64,000 nt of DNA, taken from contig LSRY02000005.1 in the NCBI GenBank assembly GCA_001643675.2, positions 1,364,001 to 1,428,000 of the forward strand, written 5' to 3'. The notes below the pieces were generated by a model that worked only from the letters and a program-made list of their open reading frames with translations, was not told where the DNA came from and made no database searches. The position numbers were made by a program, and so were the translations under genes. This document shows, one piece after another, positions 13,868 through 24,036 of the stretch (its first letter is position 1; each line of letters starts with the position of its first letter). The DNA comes from Monocercomonoides exilis PA203 (Eukaryota > Protista > Preaxostyla).

Positions 13868-14819
13868 AAATAAATTAAATGATATAAAAATATAAATTAA
13901 AATTTTTTAATTAAATAATATAAAATTATATAAAATAATAATATACAAGATTTTATTATTAATATATTTCAAAATTAAAAAATAAAAAAATGTGTCGAAT
14001 CAAATTTTTTATTAGCCCTAAGTCTCTTTTTGGATTCAGAATATTTTTCTCTTATATTGCTTCAAATAAATACTAGTATTCAATGAGTGTAATTTTAAGA
14101 CAAATAATATATTACTGAAAGGTTATATGAACAATATTTTAGAAAATGTATTCTTCAAAGGAAAATTCTGAATTTTTAAAGTTTAATTATTTGATCAATG
14201 TTTGGTTCATGTTCCAACGTGTATTTGAAACCGATTGTTTTCTGTTTGCATTTGTGATGAACAAAACCTCTTTGAAAAAATTAGAGAAAATTGAAATGAT
14301 GATAAAATAACTGACAAGGCAAAGATGATTTATTGAAAATTGAAAAATTTTCCAATCCACTATTTTTGATAAAGCAAAACTATCCTCAAAATTAACAAAA
14401 GACAATTCAAGACATTTATTCAAAAAAATTATCTTTGGAAGATCAAATTTCCATTGTTTTATTTTTTTTTGAAAAGAAATGTCAGTTGAGGAATTTTTTG
14501 TCACATTTTGTCATTGACAATCACTGACAGTCACAGAAAAATGTGAAAATGATAATTTCTACAGATGCTTTAAACAAATCATTTCCGCAGTTCTTCATAA
14601 AGTCTTCGGAAGTTAAAACTATTGTTTGTTTTTGGAATAAAGATGCTTTATGGAATACACTAAAACAGAAAAAAAAACCGATAATGTTTTCTTTTGTAAC
14701 ATTGTTGTATATTTATTCAAATGATTTTGTTCGGAAGCGTTATCTCATGAAGTTGGAATTATTGAAAAAAACATTTTCATCAAATTATAAATGGGATCTG
14801 ACCAAAAAATAGTTATTGC

Positions 14820-14820
<1 letters not shown>

Positions 14821-14858
<38 letters not shown>
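14821..14858. repeat. Poly(A) tract, 38 nt
   Basis: Directly visible. Confidence 0.9.
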
Positions 14859-14864
<6 letters not shown>

Positions 14865-14996
14865 ACCGAGATCTGATGTGCTAAAGTTGAAAAAGTGTAT
14901 TTGATAATTGATATGTTAATAAAGGAGATGGAGATGATGAAAATCACTACCGTTAACATCATTTTAATATTATTTGGATCGAGAAAAAATGGAAGT

Positions 14997-15238
14997 GAGT
15001 AACTATTTTTGGAAAGAATCAAATGAATAATTTTCTGATAAATAAAAAGTTATATATTTTTTTTAGAAAATTTTATCCACAAACACCAAACTTCACTTAT
15101 ATGGAATGAATTTCTGGATAATGCTGTTTCAAACATTCAAAAAAAGATTCGTCAATTGAAACAGAACTTTGAGCAAAATACGTAATTTTTGATTAACATG
15201 AAAAAAAAAACATTTGCGACTTTTCTAAAAGAATTAAA
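14997..15238. mobile_element. MITE family 2, degenerate copy
   Basis: Shares GATAATGCTxTTTCAAACATTC...GAAACAGAA...GAGCAAAAT and CATTTGCGACTTTTC with 40876-41115; termini are eroded. Confidence 0.65.
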
Positions 15239-15361
15239 TAAGCGTTTTATTTTTTATTTTTTTTCTATTCTATTTCTTTTTTTTTTCTTTTCTTTTTATA
15301 TTTAAGGTTTAATGTGTTTGGAAATAGTTGTCTCGTTTTCATGAAAAATGAGTAACAAATT

Positions 15362-15362
<1 letters not shown>

Positions 15363-15395
<33 letters not shown>
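15363..15395. repeat. Poly(A) tract, 33 nt
   Basis: Directly visible. Confidence 0.9.
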
Positions 15396-15397
<2 letters not shown>

Positions 15398-16207
15398 AAT
15401 GCTACAACAGAAATAAAGATGAAAATATCTTTAACAAGACTTTGAACTTAGAAAGTCGATTTGAAATATTCAAGGGTAATTTTCGTTTCGAAATTTTTTT
15501 TAAAAAAAAAAAATATTTCTTTAATAATAGCATTCATTAAAGTATAATTCACAGGAAATTTGGACATGACAGATAAGAAAAAGCAAAACATGAATAATCA
15601 CCTTTTTTGATTGAAGACATCAATTCGAAAACAAAAAGTCAAACTTCCAAAAACAACCATACAAAAGCTGTTTTTAAAAAGGATAATAAAAAACGAAAGG
15701 GTTGTTTATTGAGAAAAAGGAACCAATTTCCTATTTTCTCCATTCATTGAAGCATTGTTGTATTCTATTGAACACAGACAGACAAAACCAATGTTATTTA
15801 AAATTGCTATTTAAAACAATTTGGAGTTGTGTCCTATTATTATTGGGTTATGCAAAAATTTAAAATTGAAGTGTGTACATAAAAAAAAAAAAGAAAATAT
15901 CTTGTTGAAAAAAAAGACGGATTAAACAAAAAAAGAAAGAAAGAAACCTACAAAATGAGATAATGAAAGAACGTTTGTTCGAAAAATTTATGATATGCAT
16001 ACATCAAGATTGTTTAAAAATAGAATATATATAAAGTTATAACGAATAAATCTTAAATAATACTGTTGAGCATCACTTTCTATTAAACATGAAGAGAAAG
16101 ATATTTTTTTTAACTTTTTTATTTGAAAAAAATAAGTAAATAAATAAATAAAAATAAAATAAAATAAATCCACTTCCAAAACATGAATATCAATCATGAA
16201 AATATCT

Positions 16208-19200
16208 TCAATCATCAGAAAAATAAGACAAAAACTCATCAGATTCTGCTCCATCAGACTCAACCACAACTGTCAGCTCCGAAAGATGAGCAGAAGGAAA
16301 GACCTGATGGAAAGCCCTGAAGAAAGAAACAGAAATGTCCTTTGCCCAATTCAAGGTTGGCTGATCCAAGTTGAAGTCTGCAGGGCAAATGACACGAGGA
16401 GATGAGCTGTGTGAAGAAGAAACAGGTGGAAGAAGGCCACTGCCTGTTGAAGAAGAAGAAGAAGAGGAAGATTGCAATGTTGACAAAGACGACGACGACA
16501 ACGATGATGATGATGAAGTTGAGGATGAGGATGAGGTTAAGGATGATAATGTTCCTGAAGCAGCTGATGAAGCAGATGGCAACTGCAACTGCGCCTGCGC
16601 CTGACTGATTGCTTTACGTGTGTTAAATCCGCTTCCAATCCACAAAAACAGCTTTGGCTGTTTATTCATTGCATTTTGTGAAGAATACGAAGAATACGAA
16701 GGATTGAGTGTTTCTAATTGCGAATGGGACAAATGCTGCGGGCGGTTGGAAACTAAAATGAAGCATTTGGAAGAGAGAAGCTTGTCTGAAGAAAAACAGG
16801 TGATTTCATTCCAGTGCGGATATTCAAACATTCTGGCCATTGGAATGCTTAACAGAGAGGAAGAGGAGGAGGAAGAAGAAGAGGAAGGCGAAGGAGAAGA
16901 CGATGAAGATGTTGATGAAGAGAAAGAGGAGGAAGAAAACGAAGGAGCAGAAGCAGAAATGGAAGTGGATGTGGATGTGTAAGTGTACGTGGAAGAAGGT
17001 GTCTGAAATGAAGTTGTTGTCGAACTATTTCCGATTGTTGGGAAATAACTCGAAGTTGGCAGCAGAAGCGAGCTTGTTGTTGGAGGAGAAAAGGAAGAAG
17101 ATGAAGATGAGGAAGAGGAAGAGGAGGAGGAGGAGGAAGAAGAAGAAGAAGGGGAAGACAAAGAAAGTGCCGGGAACAAAGCCGGCGGGGTGTTGCTGAT
17201 TGGTGTTGCGGTGATGAAGCCAGGTGACATGGGCGGTTGATAAGATGGAGTGCTCCTTTGAATATACTGTTCTTTCATTTCTTTTGTCTCTTTAATCTCT
17301 TTCAGCTCTTTCAGCTCTTTCTGTTCTCTTTGTTCCTTCTGTTGTATCTGTAAACTCTGCATTGTCTGCTGTGAAGGCAGCAAAGGCGAGCCAGGTGTCT
17401 TTGGCGATGAAAGCAGGAAATTGAACGAGGAAGAAGAACAAGACGAAATCGACGCGCGCCGCTTGAAGGGCGTTCGGTGCTGCTTCTGCTTTTGTGGATG
17501 ATGGATAGGGGGAAGGCGGGTCTGTGTGATTGTGGATGACTGGGAAGAAGAATGAGGATTGGAATGCGAAGGAGAAAGAGGAGAGGGAGAAGGAGATGCT
17601 GAAGAAGAAGATGAAGAAGATCCCGATGATGAAGAAGATGCCATTGAAGACGAACCAGACGCTGTTAGCTGCAAAACCTTGTGTTGTTTTGACTGACTAG
17701 GCAAGGGAAACAGAACTGTGGAGAATGCCATCTGCTGTGTTGGCGAAGTAACCGTCCTCACACGCGACCCGGGCGAGCCCAGCTCTCTCACTTTGCCCAG
17801 TTTAGCTGTTCCCTTGGAAGAATACGTCGAAAGCGAATGAAGCGGCCTCTTGTTGTTAATGCTGATGCTGCTAATTCCATTGCTATTGATATTGCTGTTA
17901 TTGTTATTATTGCTGGTTATGTTGTTTGAGTGAATGTTGTCTTCCATCTGTGACAATTGCAGTGTTTGTCCAATGTGAATCTTCGGCAGCACAGTTGCTG
18001 AATCCATGCTCCTTCGAACAAACGTCGCTTCACCAAACAGCCGATCGCTCTCTTTTTCTCTCCTTTTGGAGTCTGTGAAGAAATCTGGAAATTCTCTATC
18101 TTTCTCTCTTTCTTTCTCCTTCTCCTTCTCCTTCTCTTTCTCTCCTCCTCCTCCTCCTTTCCCATTCATCTGCTCTGGAAACTGCAGCGACAATATTCTG
18201 CATTCCTTCCAGTTCTTTCTTTTGACTCCTGTTTCATTCACTGAAGATTGCATCGCTTCCTTTCTCGAGCAATGTGGCTGAGGAGAGCTGGGGCAAGAAA
18301 AAATAGAGGCAGAAACATGTGTTGGAGGGGAGAAGATGGATTGTGAAGGAGAAGGAGAAGAAGAAGAAGAAGCGGAAGAAGAAGAAGAATGAAATGATGG
18401 ATGGGAGATGGAGACATTAGGAGAGGCAAAGGGAGAAGGAGAAGATGCAACAGAAGAAGAAGAAGATGTTGATGATGTTGATGAACAAGACGCAGATGAT
18501 GCAGAGAAGGTGGAGACGATGGCTGACATGGAAGAGAGAGTGCTGTTGGATGATGATGATGATGAGGAAGAGGAGGAGGAGGAAGAGGAAGATGATGATG
18601 AGAATGCAGAAGAGTGAGAGGTTGTTGGAGATGTTGAAGACACTGGAGTCAGAGGGGTGGGCGTGACAGTACAAGAATTAGAAGATGAATAAGAGGAGGA
18701 AGAGGAAGAAGAAGAAGGAAATGAAGAAGAATAAGTTGAGAAGATAGGAGAAGGTGTCTGAGAAGTTAATGTTCCGAACTTGGAGTGGTGAACAGGAGGG
18801 AGACAAGGTTCGCTATGGACTTCGTATATAACACTCTGTGCTTGTTGCTGTGTTTGTTGCTGTTGCTGCTGCTGCTGCTTTTGTGGCTGTTGATGCATCT
18901 GTCCTTTCTTCTGCTGGAGTTTTGGTGTGGATTGTTTGGAGATGTTTGATAACACTTCGTTTTGTTTGGTTTCTTCTTCTTCTTCTTCTTCATTTTCTGC
19001 ATTCTTTTGAGAGAAAGAGCACGATTTTTCACCGCTTGCTGTTGATGTCAATACTTCGCAATCACCACAAGAAGAAGAAGAGGAAGAGGAAGTGCGCATT
19101 GTGATTCGCAGAGAAGAAGACATCAGCACAGTTGGCGTGTCTGCTGAATGTGAATTGGAGATACGCTGTGGACGCGAATGGCGATGGTGTTGAGCAGGGC

Positions 19201-22200
19201 TTTGTCTGAAGGCACTGGAAAAGACAGGAGAAAGAGGAGATGTTGGCACTCCAATGACTGTTGAGACTCCAAATGAAGGAAGCGATTTGTGGTTGAGTTG
19301 GTGCTTGCCACTGATGCTTTTCTTTCTCTGAGAAGAATGTTCTTTCTCTTTCTCTTTCTCTTTCTCCTTCTCCTTCTCTCTCTTTCTCTCTTGATTTTTC
19401 TCTTCCTCTTCTCCTTCCACCTCTTCCTCAATCAACTTCTCTACATTTCCTTCTTCTTCCTCCACTTCTTCTTCTCGCTCTTTCTCCTTCTCTTGCTCTT
19501 TCTCTTTCTCTTTCTCTTTCTCTTTCTCTTTCTCTTTCTCTTTCTCTTTCTCTTTCTCTTGTTCCTGTTCTTGCTCCTTCCCTTCCTTCCCCATCTGTCT
19601 CATTGCCTCTTTCCTCATCCTGTTGTACAGCCTGCCATCAATCGGCGTCCATATCCCTTCAGCCAGCTCCCACGACGCCTGCTCGTCAAACACCCTGTTC
19701 TCTCCAATGCCCCTCCACTCTCCTTTCATCCACTCCATCCACTTTGCCTCTCCTCCTTCAATCTCTTCGCTCCCTCTCCGATTTCTCGCTGAATCTGACC
19801 CGCCCACACACCCAAACAGATCTTCTCCGCTTCCTCCTCCTCCTCCAAATGAGCATCGAGAAGAACGCGACGAATGCTTTCTGAACGAAAACGGGTGCAT
19901 TTGCGCATCTGCCTCTTCCGCGGCGGATAAAAGCGCCTCAAAGAACAAGTGCTCTTCTTCTGTGTTCTGAGTGACTGCACAGATAAGCCCTGTGGTTGGG
20001 TTCAACGGAGCGAAGGGGAGCAGCAAGGGGTCGAAGTTGTATTCAGGGCGGATGGGGAAAGAAGGAGGAGAAGGCGACTGATAGTTCAGAGAGGAAAGGT
20101 AGTTGTCAGCAGAAGGAGAAACAGGCTGGGAATCGGAGAGAGAAGAGTGGGAGCGGTGATGATGAAGATGATGAGGGGGAATGGGGGAGAAAGAGGAGGA
20201 GAGGCGCAGAGGAGACGATTGTTCGGGTGAGACAAGGGGAAAGACCGAAGAAGAAGCAGAAGCAGAAGAAGATAAAGAAGAAGAAGGGGAAGGCGAAGGA
20301 AAAGCAGAGCAAGCAGCGAATGTTGGGGTGGATGCTATGGAAGCAGCAGACTGATTGTTGGAGGAGATGCAGCGCGGGTTTGGGGGCAGCTCTGACACAG
20401 CCGATGGAGAGAGAGGGGCAGCATTCAAACAAGACGGGCAGACTGTGTGTTCGCAGTCAGAAGAGAGATTTGAGGAACTTTTGAGGAGAGATTGAGACGC
20501 GTGGCAGACTGAAGGGCAGTTGGCAACAGCAAAAGAAGAGGAAGAGGAAGAGTTTGAGAGAGCGTTGAGCTTTGAAGGGTCTCCAGAGGAAATCGGGCAA
20601 AACGGGTTTTTTTCTGCTTCTTGGTCGATTGGAAGCATCTCATCCAGCTGCCACATGTTCTCTTCGTCGTCTTCTTCAGCGCTTGTTGAATTCTTCTTCT
20701 GAGAAGAAAACGAAAGCTTTGCAGAAAACCGTTTTTCGTCGCCTGGCAAATGAAAAGAAGAAGAAGAAGAAGAAGAAGAGGGAAATGAAGAAGAAGAAGA
20801 GGAGGAGGAGGAAGAAGAAGAAATAGCAGAAGAGGAAGAATCAGTTGAAATACAAATAGAAGGTGTGTTGTGTGGTGGTGTGGGAGGTGTCTGTGTGGAA
20901 GAGCCATTTAACAGATCAGATGAGAAATATCGAGAGTTTGGTGGTGAATGCTTAGAATTGGAAGAAGATAGCGATGCATTGAAAGAAGAAGAAGAAGAAG
21001 ACTGTTTTTGCTTGGAATTCAAAGAATTTTGTGAAAAATTAAGGAAAGAAGACTCAGATGCTGTGTTGGTGGTTTGTTCAGAATGAGAAGGAAGTGAAGA
21101 TAGAAGTGTGGTGGATGTCTGCAGAAGATGTTTAGCTGAGTCAGTTCTGTGATGTGACGATGAGGAAGAAGAAGAGGAAGAAGAGGAAGAGAAAGACAAA
21201 CTTGAAAAGGGAGGAGATGAAGAATTACCCGAAGGAGAAGGAGAAGGAGAAGAAGAAAGCGAATCCAGCGCATACGGAGATTTCTGCACATTCCCCAGTA
21301 TGCCAGTAGCATTGCACAGCAGAGGAGTGGATGATGAGTGGACAAGAGGTGATGTGACGAGTGACGGAGAAGACAGAGAAGCGGATTCGGGTGACGTGTC
21401 AACCACATCCAGGTTGTTGAAGTGAAGTGTATTTTGCTTTCGCATGAAGGTGCTGTCAGGACTGCCTTCTTTGCTTGCCTCGCTCTTCACCTCCACATTC
21501 TCTATATTATCTTGATAGTTTTCAATGTTTTCTATATTCTCAATATCTTCTTCACTCTCTCCGTTTTCATCTTCTCCAACGCAAATCCCCTCACAGTTAT
21601 ACGTCCTGTTGAGTGTCGCCACATCTGCCACTGCAACATCACTTTTCCTTTCCTTCATCGGCAGCCCCAGCGAATCGATGCTGTTCGACCGGAAGAGAAT
21701 CATCGAGTGCAGAACAGGAGACGTCCGCGTCTGCTCATGCTGCTGAAGTAACAGCTGCTGCTGCTGCACTTGCTGTGTCTGTGATTGTATTTGTGTCTGT
21801 TGTTGAGTTTGACTTTGACTTTGATTTTGTCCTTGTTGTTGTCCTTGTTGTTGTTGCTGTTGTTGTGTCTGTGTCTGAGTCCGCAAACAACCCTGGTTGC
21901 CCAACTGCTTCTGACTGCCATTCTCACTCACTTGCCTTCGGTTTCCTGAGCTTGGCCGGCTGCTGTGCTGCTCTGAGAAGTTTGCCAGGCTCCTGTCCGA
22001 GCTGACTGTCCTCGCTGAACAAGAAGCAAAAGACGAGTACGAAGCACAGCGGTGTGTAGAAGAGCTATTCACCAGAAACGGGCACACAATCTCCGTCTTC
22101 AGTTCCAATGGACGCATCGTCGAAGGTAGCGTGTGGCACAGCTGCAGATGGGACGCGAACCAGAGTGACTGCACCCGCAGCTCCTCCTTCGCTGCCGAGC

Positions 22201-23473
22201 CCATCCACAGCGCTGCCCCATGAGGCATCCACAGCACGTAGCAGAACCGCCCGTCGAAGTCCGTTTTCTTCCACGGCGTGTTCACCAGCGTCGGCGCGCA
22301 GACTGCTGGAATCGACATCACTGCACTCTCAAACTCTTTCAGGTGCCGCTCGCCTTCTGCTTTCTGCTCCGCTTCTGACGGAACGGCCTGGCTTGGCATG
22401 ACACAGTTGCTTCCACTTCCACTTCCGCTGCCGAAAGAGCTCAGCATTCTCACAGCCTCCACATTCACCTCCATGGAATCTCCCCCAAACGCAAATCTTT
22501 GTGCCACGCCATCTGAGGCTGAGCGCTTTGTGCCGTTGAACTCGTGTTCAGCGCCGATGCGGAACAGCTGCGGCGGCACAGGCCCAGCCTGGAGCATCTG
22601 GCCCCAGTCTTCCAGCTGGCTGACAAATCCATAGTTCGGTCTGACTATCCCGCGGGTGGTGCGGACGTAGGACAGGGCAGTGGTGAAGTCGATCTGCGCT
22701 GCCCACATGACGTAGCACAGTGTGAACGTGGCAGCACGGGAGACGCCCTGGTGGCAGTGCAGGAAGACTTTTCCATTCGGAGTCTTTCTGACCATCTCGA
22801 TGCATCCAATGATGTATGGAAACAGGCAAATAATGTCCTCTGAGGCATCATCACGGACGTACAATGTGATGTAGTGGAAATCGTTTGGAAAGTAATTGGG
22901 ATAAACTCCACCAACGCAATTAATGATATGGGTGATTCCAGTTGCCTTCAGAAGATCTCGATTTGAGGCTGCAGTTTTTGATCCAAGATACAAAAAAGGA
23001 AATATCTCTGAACATTGAGCATCGTAAAACGCAAGTTTCTGTGCCTTAAGCTCTTTTTCATCATCAAACTCCGTTCTTATTTTTTGTGTTGGAACTTCTA
23101 AAGTAAGTTTTGGAAGCATTCTACGAAAGCCACCAACCGGCTTTTTTGGTTCAGTTTCGTTATCTGTAAGATTTGATGAAGTTTGCGAAATTGATTCTGA
23201 ACTGGATAAACTTTGTTGTCCAAAAGTTGCTCGTGGAGAAAGCGGAGAAAATGGCGTTGAAGGTTGCTTTATTGGAGTTAAAGAAATAGGAGTTATCCTT
23301 GTTGGAGTTGTTGGATGAGGAGATGGAAGAGATGGACAAAATCCGAAAGGCGAAAGTGGAGGTTGTGATTGTTCTGATAATGTTCGAAGAGGTGTAAATG
23401 AAAGGGATGGTGGTCGTTTTCCTTTCTGAGATTTGATTTGTGGAGAAGAATCCGAACTCTTAAAGAATGACAT
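16208..23473 (-). CDS. Dual-specificity (MAP kinase) phosphatase, plant MKP1-like architecture with two gelsolin-like repeats and extensive S/Q/EK low-complexity tracts (2421 aa)
   Basis: DSP domain CSEIFPFLYLGS...THIINC...HCHQGVSRA...RPNYGF. Gelsolin-like segments CYVLWMPHGAALWMGS and LLSSKCFIL..LFLWIGS..DGAESDEFLSYF. Uninterrupted ORF. Confidence 0.85.
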   Translation of the reverse strand: MSFFKSSDSSPQIKSQKGKRPPSLSFTPLRTLSEQSQPPLSPFGFCPSLPSPHPTTPTRITPISLTPIKQPSTPFSPLSPRATFGQQSLSSSESISQTSSNLTDNETEPKKPVGGFRRMLPKLTLEVPTQKIRTEFDDEKELKAQKLAFYDAQCSEIFPFLYLGSKTAASNRDLLKATGITHIINCVGGVYPNYFPNDFHYITLYVRDDASEDIICLFPYIIGCIEMVRKTPNGKVFLHCHQGVSRAATFTLCYVMWAAQIDFTTALSYVRTTRGIVRPNYGFVSQLEDWGQMLQAGPVPPQLFRIGAEHEFNGTKRSASDGVAQRFAFGGDSMEVNVEAVRMLSSFGSGSGSGSNCVMPSQAVPSEAEQKAEGERHLKEFESAVMSIPAVCAPTLVNTPWKKTDFDGRFCYVLWMPHGAALWMGSAAKEELRVQSLWFASHLQLCHTLPSTMRPLELKTEIVCPFLVNSSSTHRCASYSSFASCSARTVSSDRSLANFSEQHSSRPSSGNRRQVSENGSQKQLGNQGCLRTQTQTQQQQQQQGQQQGQNQSQSQTQQQTQIQSQTQQVQQQQLLLQQHEQTRTSPVLHSMILFRSNSIDSLGLPMKERKSDVAVADVATLNRTYNCEGICVGEDENGESEEDIENIENIENYQDNIENVEVKSEASKEGSPDSTFMRKQNTLHFNNLDVVDTSPESASLSSPSLVTSPLVHSSSTPLLCNATGILGNVQKSPYALDSLSSSPSPSPSGNSSSPPFSSLSFSSSSSSSSSSSSHHRTDSAKHLLQTSTTLLSSLPSHSEQTTNTASESSFLNFSQNSLNSKQKQSSSSSSFNASLSSSNSKHSPPNSRYFSSDLLNGSSTQTPPTPPHNTPSICISTDSSSSAISSSSSSSSSSSSFPSSSSSSSSFHLPGDEKRFSAKLSFSSQKKNSTSAEEDDEENMWQLDEMLPIDQEAEKNPFCPISSGDPSKLNALSNSSSSSSFAVANCPSVCHASQSLLKSSSNLSSDCEHTVCPSCLNAAPLSPSAVSELPPNPRCISSNNQSAASIASTPTFAACSAFPSPSPSSSLSSSASASSSVFPLVSPEQSSPLRLSSSFSPIPPHHLHHHRSHSSLSDSQPVSPSADNYLSSLNYQSPSPPSFPIRPEYNFDPLLLPFAPLNPTTGLICAVTQNTEEEHLFFEALLSAAEEADAQMHPFSFRKHSSRSSRCSFGGGGGSGEDLFGCVGGSDSARNRRGSEEIEGGEAKWMEWMKGEWRGIGENRVFDEQASWELAEGIWTPIDGRLYNRMRKEAMRQMGKEGKEQEQEQEKEKEKEKEKEKEKEKEKEKEQEKEKEREEEVEEEEGNVEKLIEEEVEGEEEEKNQERKREKEKEKEKEKEKEHSSQRKKSISGKHQLNHKSLPSFGVSTVIGVPTSPLSPVFSSAFRQSPAQHHRHSRPQRISNSHSADTPTVLMSSSLRITMRTSSSSSSSCGDCEVLTSTASGEKSCSFSQKNAENEEEEEEETKQNEVLSNISKQSTPKLQQKKGQMHQQPQKQQQQQQQQTQQQAQSVIYEVHSEPCLPPVHHSKFGTLTSQTPSPIFSTYSSSFPSSSSSSSSYSSSNSCTVTPTPLTPVSSTSPTTSHSSAFSSSSSSSSSSSSSSSSSSNSTLSSMSAIVSTFSASSASCSSTSSTSSSSSVASSPSPFASPNVSISHPSFHSSSSSASSSSSPSPSQSIFSPPTHVSASIFSCPSSPQPHCSRKEAMQSSVNETGVKRKNWKECRILSLQFPEQMNGKGGGGGEKEKEKEKEKEREKDREFPDFFTDSKRREKESDRLFGEATFVRRSMDSATVLPKIHIGQTLQLSQMEDNIHSNNITSNNNNNSNINSNGISSISINNKRPLHSLSTYSSKGTAKLGKVRELGSPGSRVRTVTSPTQQMAFSTVLFPLPSQSKQHKVLQLTASGSSSMASSSSSGSSSSSSSASPSPSPLSPSHSNPHSSSQSSTITQTRLPPIHHPQKQKQHRTPFKRRASISSCSSSSFNFLLSSPKTPGSPLLPSQQTMQSLQIQQKEQREQKELKELKEIKETKEMKEQYIQRSTPSYQPPMSPGFITATPISNTPPALFPALSLSSPSSSSSSSSSSSSSSSSSSSFSPPTTSSLLLPTSSYFPTIGNSSTTTSFQTPSSTYTYTSTSTSISASAPSFSSSSFSSSTSSSSSPSPSSSSSSSSSSLLSIPMARMFEYPHWNEITCFSSDKLLSSKCFILVSNRPQHLSHSQLETLNPSYSSYSSQNAMNKQPKLFLWIGSGFNTRKAISQAQAQLQLPSASSAASGTLSSLTSSSSSTSSSSSLSSSSLSTLQSSSSSSSSTGSGLLPPVSSSHSSSPRVICPADFNLDQPTLNWAKDISVSFFRAFHQVFPSAHLSELTVVVESDGAESDEFLSYFSDD
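19490..19560. repeat. Coding hexamer microsatellite (GAGAAA)n on the minus strand, encoding (EK)n
   Basis: tctttc repeats; translation EKEKEKEK. Confidence 0.85.
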
Positions 23474-24036
23474 GCTCAGCTGAATTTTTCTTGAGTTTGG
23501 GCTTTATTTCAAACTAAAGATTGTAATATACCACTATTAAAAAGTGGAATTTAACATTAATAAAAAGGAAAAAAATAAATTTATTAAAAATATGAAGCAA
23601 ATTAGAAATTACAAAAAAATTCACTCATATTTAAAATCTAAATTTTCAAAAATAAATTGAATATCAGCATTTCTATTTTCACTCAGCATTTTTGCATACA
23701 TTTGTCTAGAATATCACCAATAAAGAATTTCTGAAAAATGAAATCGATTGATGGCACTGATCAAAATTTGATAGAAGTTTCACCATTGCATAACAAGAAT
23801 CTGAATAATATTATTTCATAAATATTTGAACACATTAATATATATGTGTATATACATACTTATTAAAGTGTATTTAATTAATTTTGATTTCAAAATATAT
23901 TTTCTTGATTCAACTGTTTTAAAACGAAGTGCATAAAAATAAAACAAATTGCCTGTGCAAAATATAATTTAAATTGTATGTGGTTATTAAAAGAAAAATT
24001 TTTATCATAAAAAACCATATTTAATATATTGTTAGC

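Noticed and set aside
14860-14890. GCACATCAGATCTCGG followed by poly(T) on the minus strand as a 5S-like or Pol III RNA
   Set aside because: The match is only a few bases, with no supporting secondary structure or promoter boxes.
14821-15395. Poly(A) tracts as retroposon tails
   Set aside because: No target-site duplication or recognisable SINE/retrocopy body was found 5' of either tract.
16196-22914. Dozens of antisense and alternate-frame ORFs over the phosphatase gene
   Set aside because: These are shadows of S/E/K trinucleotide low-complexity and GC-rich coding sequence, with no independent motifs.
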